Part shown: piece after piece, positions 38,209 to 49,789 of the stretch
How positions within the stretch are numbered: the first letter of the stretch is position 1
How the letters are laid out: every line of letters begins with the position of its first letter
Assembly: GCF_963921235.1 (NCBI RefSeq)
Contig: NC_086097.1
Span: forward strand, 58,654,001-58,718,000
Reading direction: 5' to 3'
DNA length: 64,000 nt
Source: Mobula hypostoma
Taxonomy: Eukaryota
The notes under the pieces: model-generated
What the model saw: the letters and a program-made list of their open reading frames with translations, nothing else
Told to the model about the DNA's origin: nothing
Databases searched by the model: none
Made by a program: the position numbers and the translations under genes

Positions 38209-38495
38209 TGGCTTAACGTTAGCAGAACTCCACATGTATTCAATCCTGATAGTACTAGTTCCAACTATAATGCCTCAATAATACACAAGTTTTCTAAATT
38301 CTTATTATACTCTAAATGCAATGAAAAGTACAGCATACTTGGTAAATTTATATATATTAATAACATCTCACACTGTTTCAATTTAGCTTAAAAAATCAAG
38401 TGAATTTTAACTGCAGAATCTGCTTCCTGTAACAGTAAAGAAAAGGACTGGATTGGTCAGCTTGCTGTATTTCAACAAGTAGATTGATTGAAGCA
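38209..38495. repeat. Inverted copy of 37395-37683 at the 5' end of the Nimb insertion
   Basis: Direct reverse-complement match of about 94%. Confidence 0.95.
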
Positions 38496-38499
38496 GATT

Positions 38500-39241
38500 C
38501 ATGCTTAGATTCATCCTCAGTTTTAGCAAGTTTAAGGTCTTTTCACTCAAAAAGTCAGCAAGATGTACTTCATGAAGTCCTTCAGTCAGTCACAAGAATT
38601 GCAAATCAGGGAGGTCAGATAAAATTTCTATGGGTTCCAGCACATGTAGGGGTGAAGGGGAATGAGAGGGTAGATGAGTTGGCAAAGAGGGCGTTCAAAG
38701 AAAGAAAATATAGAAATGCATATTAGCATCAGTAAAGCAGAGGTTAAGTGTGTAATCTGGGAAAAAAATCAACCAAATGTGGCAAGAAAGATGGGACAGG
38801 TAGGGGAAAGGGAGGCATTTATATCAAATACAAGAAAGTGTTGCAGCTACTAGGGTAGGTAGTGGATACAGAAGAGAGGAAACTGTGTGGACTAGGTTAA
38901 GGCTGGGGCATTGTGCATTAAACAAAACATTGAAAATGATAGGGAAACACCAGACAGGATTGTGTGAGGAATGTCAGGAAGAAGAATCAGTAGAACATGC
39001 AGTTCTGAGTTGCAGGAAGTATGGGATACAGAGAGAGATGATAAGAATTAATCTAAGGGAATTGGGGGTGCAGGAATTCACATTAAAAGGGTTGTTGGGC
39101 ACGGGTGAGAGAGCACAGGTCAGGGTATTTTTAGCTTTCTTAAGGGGTATAGGTACAGGGTTTTTTTTAATAGGATATGATGGATAAGCAGGAATAGGGC
39201 ACTAGGATGGCCAAAGATGGGAGGATAAAGTGAAGGCTAGG

Positions 39242-39303
<62 letters not shown>

Positions 39304-39420
39304 TTGGGTGAAAGGATTTAGAATGTAAGTCTATTGCACACTCCGGATCAGAAGGTGGTGGTAATGCACCATTAAGCTGGGTGCCAACCGCCGTAAAACA
39401 AGACGGAGAAGAAGCAGAAG
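38500..39420 (+). mobile_element. I-group (Nimb-like) LINE 3' part: RNase H, CCHC finger, 3' UTR
   Basis: DSSSVLASL..FLWVPAHVGVKGNERVDELAKRA; TRLRLGH..CEECQEEESVEHAVLSC; GAA-type tail. Confidence 0.9.
39246..39303. repeat. (TG)n(AG)n microsatellite in the Nimb 3' UTR
   Basis: Directly visible. Confidence 0.98.
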
Positions 39421-40439
39421 GGTCCTCTGGGTGTCCTCCCCGTGGAATGTGTGGATTTTCTCTGGGTACCCTAGTTTCCTCCCACAGTCCAAAAATCTAC
39501 CAGACAGGTTGATTGGTCATTGCAAATTTTCTGGTGATTAGGCGAGGTTTAAACTGGTATTGTCCGAGGTTGCTGGATAGTGCGACTCGAAAGGCCGGAA
39601 GGGCTTATTCAGCACTGATCTCTAAGTACAATAAAATAAAGACTTTCACATTTTGCATTGGGCAAGCAATAAAAGGTTTCACTCACACAGAGTCATAAGG
39701 ATAAAAAAGTACTTCTACGTTTAGAAATAGAACGAATATAATGATAATATAAAAAAGGCGGCATTTGAACTTGTAAGGTAATCATCTTTCCTGCTAATCT
39801 TTCCCAGAATTTGCAGTCAGGTCACACTTCTAAATCTCTTTCAGCAATAGGTGTCCAGCAATTATGGTCTCTGTCTTTTGGCAATGTTTAATAAAGCAGA
39901 AATGTTGGCTTTATGATAAAGAGTTTGGTCACTCTTATAATATGTCAATTATGAACTACTGCAGTTCAAGGAAGTAATGGGCTTCTTGTATTACAGGGAG
40001 CTTAGAAAAGCAATTCATACTCGAGTTTGAAATTACAATTCATAAACTGCAGCATTATCGTTCTCTTCCTGAAAAACATAAATCAATTTTAATTGATTTT
40101 GAACAATTAGGTTTTATATTAAACATGTATTAATATACTCTGCTCATCACCAGTGATCCTTCATTGCCTTTGTTAATTGTTATCATACCACTTAGATGAA
40201 CATCACACTCCCTTTAGCATTAATGATATTCTTGATTAACCTGTAGAAACACAGCACTCTCCATCATTACTAGCCACACTACTGAAAGAGGTAACTTTTA
40301 ATCCTTTTTAACTTAAAGATGAGTTCTAATGGGAAGAACCTAGTTATTTATAAAGAACATATGTTGGGCAAAGATCATTGAAATCCAACTGGTCAGCATC
40401 ATTTCTGAGGAACTGTGACATCACAAAGTTTTTTTTTCA

Positions 40440-40865
40440 CCAGGTACTTACATGTTTATCTCTTTGGTATTCTGATTAAGATCAGAGGACCCAATACAGT
40501 TGACCACCACTACACATCCATCATTAATGCCTACCATTCCATTCCTCGACCATATTTTGGGAAATATGACCGCCTGGTTGTCCTCCTGTTTGCATGTGGG
40601 CAGTAGCTAAAGAGCAAGGCACCAGAGGGTAAGGGCGACAAAGAGGTAGTCACGGGAACAAAGAAGCAGCTAAGAGGATTGCTTCGAGTTGGTGGACTGG
40701 GCCATGTTCAACGGCTCTTCAGAACACCTGCATGAATATGCTGCAGTGGGCGAGTGTGTCCCCATAAAATCATTCAACGTGCTGCCTAACCAGAAGCCCT
40801 GGATGAATCAAGAAATTCAAAATCTACTGAGGGCTAGATTAGACGGCGTTCAGGACTGGTGATTT
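40440..40865 (+). mobile_element. Rex1/Babar endonuclease/linker fragment
   Basis: RGPNTVDHHYTSIINAYHSIPRPYFGKYD, with PNQKPWMN downstream. Confidence 0.8.
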
Positions 40866-42539
40866 TGACTAGTTACTCAGCAAAATCTAACTTAATCTAG
40901 ATTATATGAACCAACACAAAACAGAGTTAAAAGGACCAGATCTTGCTGAGAACTGCTCACAGTTTGTGGTGAACTGTGGTCATCATTAATTCTTATAATT
41001 GTAACAAATATGAATCTGTTTCACATTTACCCCAACATAGAAGTCCCTAACTTGCTGACAAATTCCAACCAAGGGATTCAAGATGAAGGTTAACAATGGA
41101 GTATAAAGCAGATGAGATTCACTAATGGCTGAGAATCATTTCTCTAACCTCGCACCAGCATCTGCACCCATCATTTAAAAGGAGATTTTACAAATATTAT
41201 TTTCTACCGGTTTTATATAGGTTATATATATAGAAATATATATACAATATTTCTGATATTTTTCATCATTTAGAGGTGCTTTAGATGATATTAATAATAT
41301 ATTTTCTTTAAATGTTCATTTTGAATATTGTTTGGATGTTGATCAGTGTTAGGTAGAGTAAGTATTACTGAGAGCCTGGCATTGCTCCTGACAAAAGTTT
41401 TCTCAGCCTGTTGAATTTCTCTTCATTTACTGCCTAAAATTACTGAGGAAGTGAGACTCAAGGGTTTCAATCTAGAGATCCAGAAGAGAAAGTAAGCATT
41501 AATGGAGAGAAGAATATCATAACAAAAGCTATATTTTTACAGTAAGATGATTGTCAGGAGAGAGCTGAAAACACGAAAACATGAAAATAGTTATGCATCT
41601 AAGAGGTTTGGTAGTAGATGTACCTGGATTAGTATTCAGAGGCCTAAACGGGAGACATGGGCTTGGATATCATCATGTAACAAGGGAATTTAAGTTCAAA
41701 TAAATGAGCAGGAAAATGCATGTTTAGGAGTGATTTGGAATGAGCAGTAAATGCTGTCCAAACCAACATGCCAAAGTAACCTATGCATGAATGAATAGAT
41801 GAAGTGGTGTTCCAAATAACTACTGTACTTCTGCAAATACTAACAAGGGAAGGTGCGTAAGAAGATCTTCCTAAAAAATAAAATGCCAGAAATAAATACA
41901 TAGGTGATATCTAGATTCCACCTGGACAATGTTGGTCCAAATAAATCATTGAGGTGATATGGTATTTCTGTTGCGTGAAGCTGTCAAGGAGATTTGTGAG
42001 ACATGGACAAACATCATGAGATAGATGCTAGAAACTAAGTTTATATCGATGGATATTACCACAGGTAGCATATTTCCAAAGGCTGACAGACAAACCTCAA
42101 AAGTGGAACAGAACAAAAATGCAACACATGCTGAAAAACTGAGGCAAAACAGAATTTGCTGGAACTCACAGCATGTGAGGCTACACAGGGAGATTAAATG
42201 TGCCTATATAAAGGTGTGGTAAACATTACAATATTGTTTACTTAGATTACCAAAAAAACAATTAAGTAAAATGTGTTATATAAATGTAAACTGTAGATTG
42301 CCAACTAATTAAAAATACTTTAGGAAACTAGAATTGGAGACAGTTAACTACATGCTGAGCTCAAGTTACAGTCTATTTGATAAAGTTTGAAATGGTCTCC
42401 TAAGTTTTCTACCAACAACCTGCTTCTTAAAGGCCAAATTTAATAAATAAAATATTAGATTTGAACCTTGTATCTGTAGTAAGTTGTTTATTTCCTAGAT
42501 CAGTCTATTTACCTAGTGATCTCCATCATTGTGTCTTGT

Positions 42540-42895
42540 CACAAACTCAACTCTGGATCCAAAATTTCCATCCATCTCCCTGGTGATGAGCTGAAATCGC
42601 TGGAAACCTTGTTTCAGACCCAAAGAGACGAGGACGGCAGATGTGAATGTCATTAAAACTGCCGATTTCCATTTCTATATCATTACCTGGCTGCCTGTCA
42701 GCTCCTTCACTAGTGAACACTCATTCATGCCTTTTGACTCCTCAAGTGTATCCTTGGCTAACTTCCATTATTCTACTCTCCACAAATTTGAAGATGCTCA
42801 GACCTCAGCTGCTTCTATTCTAACTCACGTTCCCCACTTGTCCATCCAGAGATCACACTTGCTCTTGCTGGCCTACATTGGCTTCTCGCCACAAT
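42540..42895 (+). mobile_element. Ancient L2 LINE fragment
   Basis: TLIHAF followed by STLHKFEDAQTSAASILT, resembling L2 LIHAFVTSRLDY..LQ..QNSAAR.LT. Confidence 0.65.
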
Positions 42896-43729
42896 TCTTT
42901 GTTTTCTCTGAAGCACTTCTTGATGCTTTTGACAAGTTGTTGCCAGTCATAGAAATAGATGTGGTTGTTGGCTTTAGCTAAGATAATTGTCATGCCTATT
43001 TAAGTTTTGAAATTCAAAACCTGTTCGAGACAACCATACAAATTTCACCCCAAATGGTCCATGTTAACCAAATTCCGCATCCAAGCTTGATCCATTTGTC
43101 TGCATTTAGCCCACGCCCCTTTAAATCTTTCCTAGCCATGTACCTGTCCAGGTAACCTTTAAGTGTTGTTAAGATACCTGCGTCAACCTTTCCTCAGGCA
43201 GCTCAATCCGGATACTGACCAGCCTCTGTGTTAAGTAATTGGCTCTCAGATTCCTATTAAACCTTTTATTTCTCAACATTACTTTAATGGGGATATTTTT
43301 AAAATTTTCTACCCATCAATAAATTAATACTGAAGACCAGTCACCCATTCTAGAAAATTTTAATTTACATTGATGGTGTCAGGGACCAATGGCAACATCC
43401 TGCAGACAGCTCATGAAATTACTAGATACTCCTCTTCTTTTAAATATATTCTTCTCCCGAACTGTAATCAATTGCAGCCTGTAATTTCCATAAGGATGTA
43501 CTTTTAAACTGATTAAATGGTCTGGTGCTTTTCCGATCAGCTGTGGGTCCCGGCGAGGCTGAGAGAGTGTGCAGGGGTGGCCATGGCAAAATGCGATCCC
43601 ATGGTCGGCTCCATTACTCTGCACTGATTAAAGCCTTGAGCAAGATTAAAATCGATGAGGACAAGAGTGGAAAACAAATGGATGCCCAGTGCAGCACTGG
43701 CTATATTTAACTGGTCTCCCCCTTGCAAC

Positions 43730-44272
43730 TGCTGGTGGAAGGTACGGGAGTCTTTGGTCCCATGCTGCAAGGTTCGATCCCTTTAGTGGCTTGTGGCTGT
43801 GCTCTCACTTTTGGGGGATTCTGCAGTTTGATGTTTAATGTCCTCAGTGCTGTACAGACTCTGCAACTGTAAACATATGCTGGGAACTCTGCAGTTCATA
43901 TTCCATGTGTTTTTGTTTACTTATTTTTACTATTTGAGCGATTTGATCGTGGTGCTTCGGCCCAGAACTGGCTCTGCATGTGGTGGCCTGCAGCAGTTGA
44001 CACAGCACGGAACTGATCGACTTGGTGGGTGTGGCTCCTGGACCATTTCGGAGACTCCGCAGTTTGATGTCTGTTGTCTGTGTGCAACTTGCTCAGTTTT
44101 TGCTGTTTGTGCGACTTGTTCTTTTTTTCACATGTTGTGTGACTGATGGTCATTGTGTGGGGTTTCTTTTAAACAGGTCCTATGTGTTTCTTTGTTTCAT
44201 GGTTGCATGTGGGAAGATGAATCTCAGGGTTGTATACTGCTTACATACTTTGATAATAAATGTACGTTGAAA
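43730..44272 (+). mobile_element. Non-autonomous element with a Rex1-type 3' UTR
   Basis: The 3' end AAGATGAATCTCAGGGTTGTATA..TGATAATAAATGTAC matches the tails at ~2000, 9640, 48280 and 57120. Confidence 0.6.
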
Positions 44273-45573
44273 CTGATGTTAATTTGGGTTTTAAGTAGTT
44301 GCAGTGCCAGTTCAAACCTATAAGTGGCACTGTTGGCCTGTCAATTAAAGCACATTTACCTTTCATCTTTCTCAGTCGCCAAGCAAACAAAGTGAGCTAC
44401 CATCTTCCTTATGTTTCACCAGAATTTCAAGATATTCTCAGAGTGTGAGCTAAAAATCCTGCCTGTAAGAGTATATGCAACTTTCAGATTACCACATTAT
44501 TTCTTGGGTCTTTTGTTGTAGAAGCCTTTTCACTGTGGCTTTGAGGGTTATAGCCAGACATCTATCATTGAAGGACGTGAGTAAAGGTTGCCAGCAATCA
44601 CCTTGATTCTTTACTCACAGTGAAGGGCGTCCTTCGGAGAGGCAGCAAGGCTGATGGTAAGATCTGACAACTTAAGTTTACAATTTAATATGGCTGTGAG
44701 TATCTGTTGGTTCCCACAAACACACTGTGAGCAGTGATTAATTATATGGCTGGTCAAAGGATGTTTCTCTGTGGGCCTTCTGCTATGGAATTCAAGAGCA
44801 TACCAGGCTCAAGAGATACTGAGGGGCAGTCATTGTAGGGTGGAGTGTTTGGGTTTGGTGTTGGATGTTGGGAGTCAGGCAGAGGGAGCTTTGGTTAGCT
44901 TAGAGGAATGGTTGTGATTGGGAGGGGGTGGGCAAAATCAGTCAAGGTTGGTGAACTTATGTTGGGGGTCTAAACCTTGTGCTGGTGTTCTGATTAACTA
45001 ATTTTTTTAAAGGTTCTTATCAGTGTCCAGGTAGCAGTACCAGTCTGCAATATGCTCGGGGTGGGGAGGGGGCATTCGCTTTAAATTGGATGGAAAAAGT
45101 CTTTCTAAACTCGTTTGTGCAGGAGTGGCCTGTGGATCACAGAATGTAATGCCATGACACAGACTGGGGACATTGGCACGTTATATGTCAGATTTATGGA
45201 GGACCCTGGAACAAAAACCAAACTTTATTTACAAAGGCCAAAGGCTACTTTGAACAATTTTGAGTTTCGACACAGGACTAAACTCATTTGTGTGTGTGGC
45301 AACCATGATGCCAATTTAAACTAATCCCATCAGCCTGCACAAGGTCTATACCCATTGATCCTGTGCCTGCTCATGTGCCTGTCTGAAAGGCTCTTAAACA
45401 TTGCTGTTGTCTCTATTTCCATCAATCTCCAAGCAACACTTTGATACGTCTGCTACTCTCTCTGTCTGTAAAAACTTGCCCTGTAAATTTCCTTTAAACG
45501 GATCCAATCTCAAAATAAAGTGATGGCCTCTAGTATTCTAATACCCCACAATATTCCAATCTACTGTCCATAG

Positions 45574-46267
45574 TAGACGTAATCAACATCAAAAAGACAG
45601 AAAGCATGGTCATCTCCAAAAAGACAAACATCCCACAATGTGTGATCAAGATCGGAAATACAAACATCAAACAAGTCAACAAATTCAAATATCTTGGCAG
45701 CCTAATAACAAATAATGGCAGGTGCGACACTGATATCAAATACAGAATAGCAATGGAGAAAGAAGCTTTCCAAAAAATGAAGACCATATTAACAGACAGA
45801 AAGATGAGCACGTACACTAAAAACAGAATACTGCAGTGCTACATTTATTCTATCCTGACTTATGGAAGTGAATGCTGGACCATTTCTCCAGCAATGGAAA
45901 AGAAACTAGAAGCAGCTGAATTATGGTTCTACAGGAGAATGTTAAAAATATCATGGACCACACACACATCAGATGAAGAAATTCTCAGAAGAGCCCAAGC
46001 AGTTCGATCACTCATACCAACAATAAGGGAAAGACAACTCAGATTCCTAGGACACATCATGTGGAACGATGAACTAGAAAAACTCATACTCTCTGGAAAG
46101 ATTGAGGGGAGCAAACCTAGAGGAAGACCTCGGCTTATGTACATCAAAAGCATAGCCAGGTGGCTACACATCGAGGAAATGGAAGTCATCCAAAAAACGA
46201 AGGATAGATCTATATGGAAAACCATGGTCACCAAAGTCTGCATCGGATATGGTACCTAGACAGACAG
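45574..46267 (+). mobile_element. 5'-truncated RTE-clade LINE, uninterrupted frame, 11-bp TSD
   Basis: 217-aa ORF with FKYLGSLIT..LTYGSECWT..QLRFLGHI..GKIEGSKPRGRPR; (AGAC)3 tail; TSD ACTGTCCATAG at 45563-45573 and 46268-46278. Confidence 0.95.
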
Positions 46268-46516
46268 ACTGTCCATAGATTCTACTATACGATGTTCAGC
46301 AAGGCAAATAATAAACTTCTGTATGGTGATCAGTAACTAAACATCATTCACTGAGAGTGAGCTGTGACTCCTTTAACAAGGTACCAGTCTAGTCCGTCAC
46401 AGGCAAAGCCCTTCCCATCATTGAACACATCTACAAAAACTGCTGCCACAAGGAAACAGCATTCATCGACAAGGACCCCTACCATCCACGCCATCCTCTC
46501 TTCTTGCTGCTACCAG

Positions 46517-47937
46517 GTTGAGGTTTATTGTAATTCAATCGCACATGTATAAAGGCGGGAGGAGAAGATGGCGGCGTGCCTGTGTGTGCGCAGCCCTCCG
46601 GTAAAAATGATATCGTATCGGTTAAATAGGGGCTGTGGACAATTCTGATTTGATGGAGAATGGACGTGAAAGCACAGAGGAACATCTGGAGAAATTTCTG
46701 AAATGCCCGTTCGCTGCTGTCGTTACCGTATGGTCGGGAATCTTTCGGAGGGTAGGCCTCAAAATCCCCGGCCTTGCCTGCTTTTGGCGACGGAGAAGGA
46801 GGTCGAATTGTTCGGACAGAGATGGCACTCAGTACTCAGTGTTGGAGAGCTGATCAGAGCTCGAAGTTTTCGGATGACTCAGAGTCGGATTGTGGTCAGC
46901 ATGGCAGGGAGAGTTTTTCTTCCTTCTCCCGTCTGCGTGAGATGTGGGACATTTGAGAAACTTTGAACTTTACTGTGCTCATAGACTTCTTCATCAAGTT
47001 ATGGTATTGTTGCACTGTTTGTAACTATATGTTATAATTATGTGGTTTTGTCAGTTTTTTCAGTCTTGGTCTGTCCTGTGTTTTGTGATATCACACTGGA
47101 GGAAATAATGTATCATTTCTTAATGCATGCATTACTAAATGACAATAAAAGAGGACGACGTGTCTTCATAATCTAAAATATTCCTCAGGGACCAAGGTGC
47201 AAAACACGATACATACTGTATGTCACATACAGCACATAAAATAATATTATCGCAATAATATTTACAGATAAAAAAGTACTTTATAGATATACACGTTGAC
47301 ATTAAATACATCTATGACATATAGTTCAACATTCAATAGTATGCTGTTACTGGTGCTGTCTTAAATAATGTGTACTGGGTGGTAGCAGGGTGTTTAGAGG
47401 TCTCACAGCCCTTTGGAAGAAGCTGTAGACCAGCCTGTCAATCCTTCTTCTTATACTGAGTCACCTTTTGCCTGACGGTAGGAAGTCAAAGAGATTATGG
47501 GATGGATGGGAGGGTTCCTTGATAATGCTGAGGGATCTCTGTGAATGCAGTGCTTCTGGTTAAATGTCCCAGATGGGATTGGGTGGGGGGGGGGTGGGGG
47601 AGGAGAGATTCTGGTGATTTTGTCAGCAGTCCTTACAATCTGTTGCAGGGGCTTGCAGTCAGTTACCTTGCAATGCCCATGCCAGATGGTGATCTCCATG
47701 TGAATGTGATTAGAATGTGGATGGGAAGCCTCACTCGCCACAATCTCCTCAGGAAGTGGAGGTGCGATTGTGCTTCTTTGGCCGGTGCTCCTGACACTCT
47801 CCAGGGAGGAGATATTGATGTGCACCTTCCTGATGTCGACAGTCATCTCTTTAGTCTTGTCCCTGTTGCGACTCAAGTTCTTGTGTTCGCACCAGTTCAC
47901 AAGCCACTCTACCTCTTCTCTGTATGCCAACTCATTC
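46517..47937 (-). mobile_element. Rex1/Babar 3' fragment, related to the 29057-32045 element
   Basis: NELAYREEVEWLVNWCEHKNLSRNRDKTKEMTVD. Confidence 0.85.
46552..47177 (+). mobile_element. CpG-rich ~625-bp non-autonomous retroelement
   Basis: 5' GGAGAAGATGGCGGCG and 3' AATAAAAGAGGAC..CATAATCTAAAA; the same 3' end recurs inverted at 53032-53147. Confidence 0.75.
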
Positions 47938-48379
47938 TTCAGGTACATTTATTTCCCTATCAGTATCAGGCACCTGAACCAGTGCAGATAACTTTGCTCA
48001 CCTCAACTCTGAACTGATTCCACAACCTATGGACTCAATTTCAAGGACTCTATGACTCATGTTCTCTGTATTATTTATTTATCTATTAATTATTATTATT
48101 ATTGTATTTGCACAGATTGTCTTCTTTACCACATTGGTTGTTTGTTAGTCTTTGTGTGTAGTTTTTCATTGATTCTGTTGTGCTTCTTTCTTCTACCATG
48201 AATGCCTACAAGAAAATGAATCTCAGGGTAATATATGGTGACATATATATGTATTTTAAAAATAAATTTACTGTGAACTTTGGTCTTGCCACCTTGTGGT
48301 TCATATGATTGTTTAACATATTACAGTGATGGATTTTTTTAAGAAAACATTTTTCTAATTGTAAAGAAAAAGACCATTT

Positions 48380-49350
48380 TAGTGCAAAGTGATCAAAGTG
48401 GTCATAGTGTTGCTGAATTGTAGTGATTAGTGTTTGCCGGTTGGTTCAGGAACTATTTGGTTGAAGGGAAGTTCTTGACCCTGGTGGTGTTGAACTTCAG
48501 GCTTTTGTACCTTCTCCCCGATGGCAGCTGTGAAAAGGTGGCATGGTCCAGATGATGGGTACCTTTGAGGATAAATGTTGCCCTCTCGAGTCAGTGCCCC
48601 CTATAGATACTACCAGTGGTGGGAAAGGATGTGTCTCTGATGTATGGACAGAGTTCTGAAGTTTCTTACATGCCTGCACATTTGAGTTGCCATACTTGAC
48701 CATGATGCAACCAGCCAGGATACTTTCAACAGTACACCACTCCATGTTTGTTAGAGTGTTTGATGACAAGCTGAATCTCTTTAACCTCCTATCAAAGTAA
48801 AGATACTGGCGAGTTTTCCTTATAATTGCATCTACATGCTGAGCACAGGGCAGGTCACCTGATAGGTTAATGCCTACCCCTTAATGTAGACTGGAGCTTG
48901 TTGATCCTTCTTCCCCTTCTTGAAGTCAACAATCAGCTATTTAGTTTTTCTAACATTGAGTGGGAGGTTGTTTTTGCAACACACTCAACTACAGTAGATT
49001 ACCAGTCTTACTCAAGTAAGCCAAAGTAGAGCAGGAGGTTAAGCACACGGCTTGAGGTGCACCTGTGTTGGTGGTCAGTGAGAAGGTATTGTTACCAATC
49101 GTCACTGTTTGAAGTTTGCCAATGAGAAAGTTAAGGATCCAGTTGCAGAGGGAGGTGCAGAGGCCCAGGTTTTGAAGCTTGATGACGAACTTGGATGGGA
49201 TGATGATTGTGATGAACACTGAGCTGTGGTGAATGAACAGCAGGCCAGTGGATGAGTTCCTATTGTCTCCATGATCCAAAGCAGACTGAAGGACCAGATA
49301 AATCACATCTGTTGAGGACTTGCTGTAGTGGTAGGAAAATCTGAACGGAT
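48380..49350 (-). mobile_element. Rex1/Babar RT fragment
   Basis: TIIIPSKFVIKLQNLGLCTSLCNWILNFL..NTGAPQ. Confidence 0.85.
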
Positions 49351-49699
49351 TCCTCCATTGAGTTCCTCCTGCAGCTCACTTTTTACATCAAAATACATTT
49401 TCTTATAGATATAGAGCAAAACTTTTCTGTGATGAACAGTGCAAACCCTTGAAGGTCAGTTTCATATAGGTCCTGTTGAACAGGCAGGTGTTATTGTAAG
49501 CCAGGCTGCATTCAATAGGTGTCTATTACATAATTCTCTGAAGAGTTGCTGATGAAACAAAAACAATGTAGTGTTATCCAAACATTTTGTGTAAGAGAAT
49601 GAACCGGAATCATAGAAGAAGATCAATTGAATCCAAGCCAACCAGTAAGCACCCACTTACACCAGTCCCTGTGTTTTGTTCTCCTCTTATTATCATCTA

Positions 49700-49785
49700 C
49701 TCAGGGGCAATTTACAGTGGCCAATAAACCCATCATCCACATTTGTCTTTTGGATGTGGGAGAAAGCTGTAGCACCCAGGAAACA
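49700..49785 (-). mobile_element. HE1/V-SINE-like fragment
   Basis: Reverse-complement similarity to the SINE core at 39450-39530. Confidence 0.6.
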
Positions 49786-49789
49786 TACA

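Larger units (their letters stand above)
38127..39640 (+). mobile_element. tRNA-derived HE1/V-SINE-like element split by the Nimb insertion (38127-38211 and 39431-39640)
   Basis: A-box-like GTAGTGTAGTGG, B-box-like GTTCAAT, core TCCTCCCCGTG..GTTTCCTCCCACAGTCCAAA and an AATAAAATAAA tail. Confidence 0.8.
46385..48282 (+). mobile_element. Rex1-type 3' fragment (46385-46516 and 47938-48282) hosting nested elements
   Basis: Both parts match the 1530-2011 copy; the tail is AATAAATTTACTGTGAACTTTG. Confidence 0.75.
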
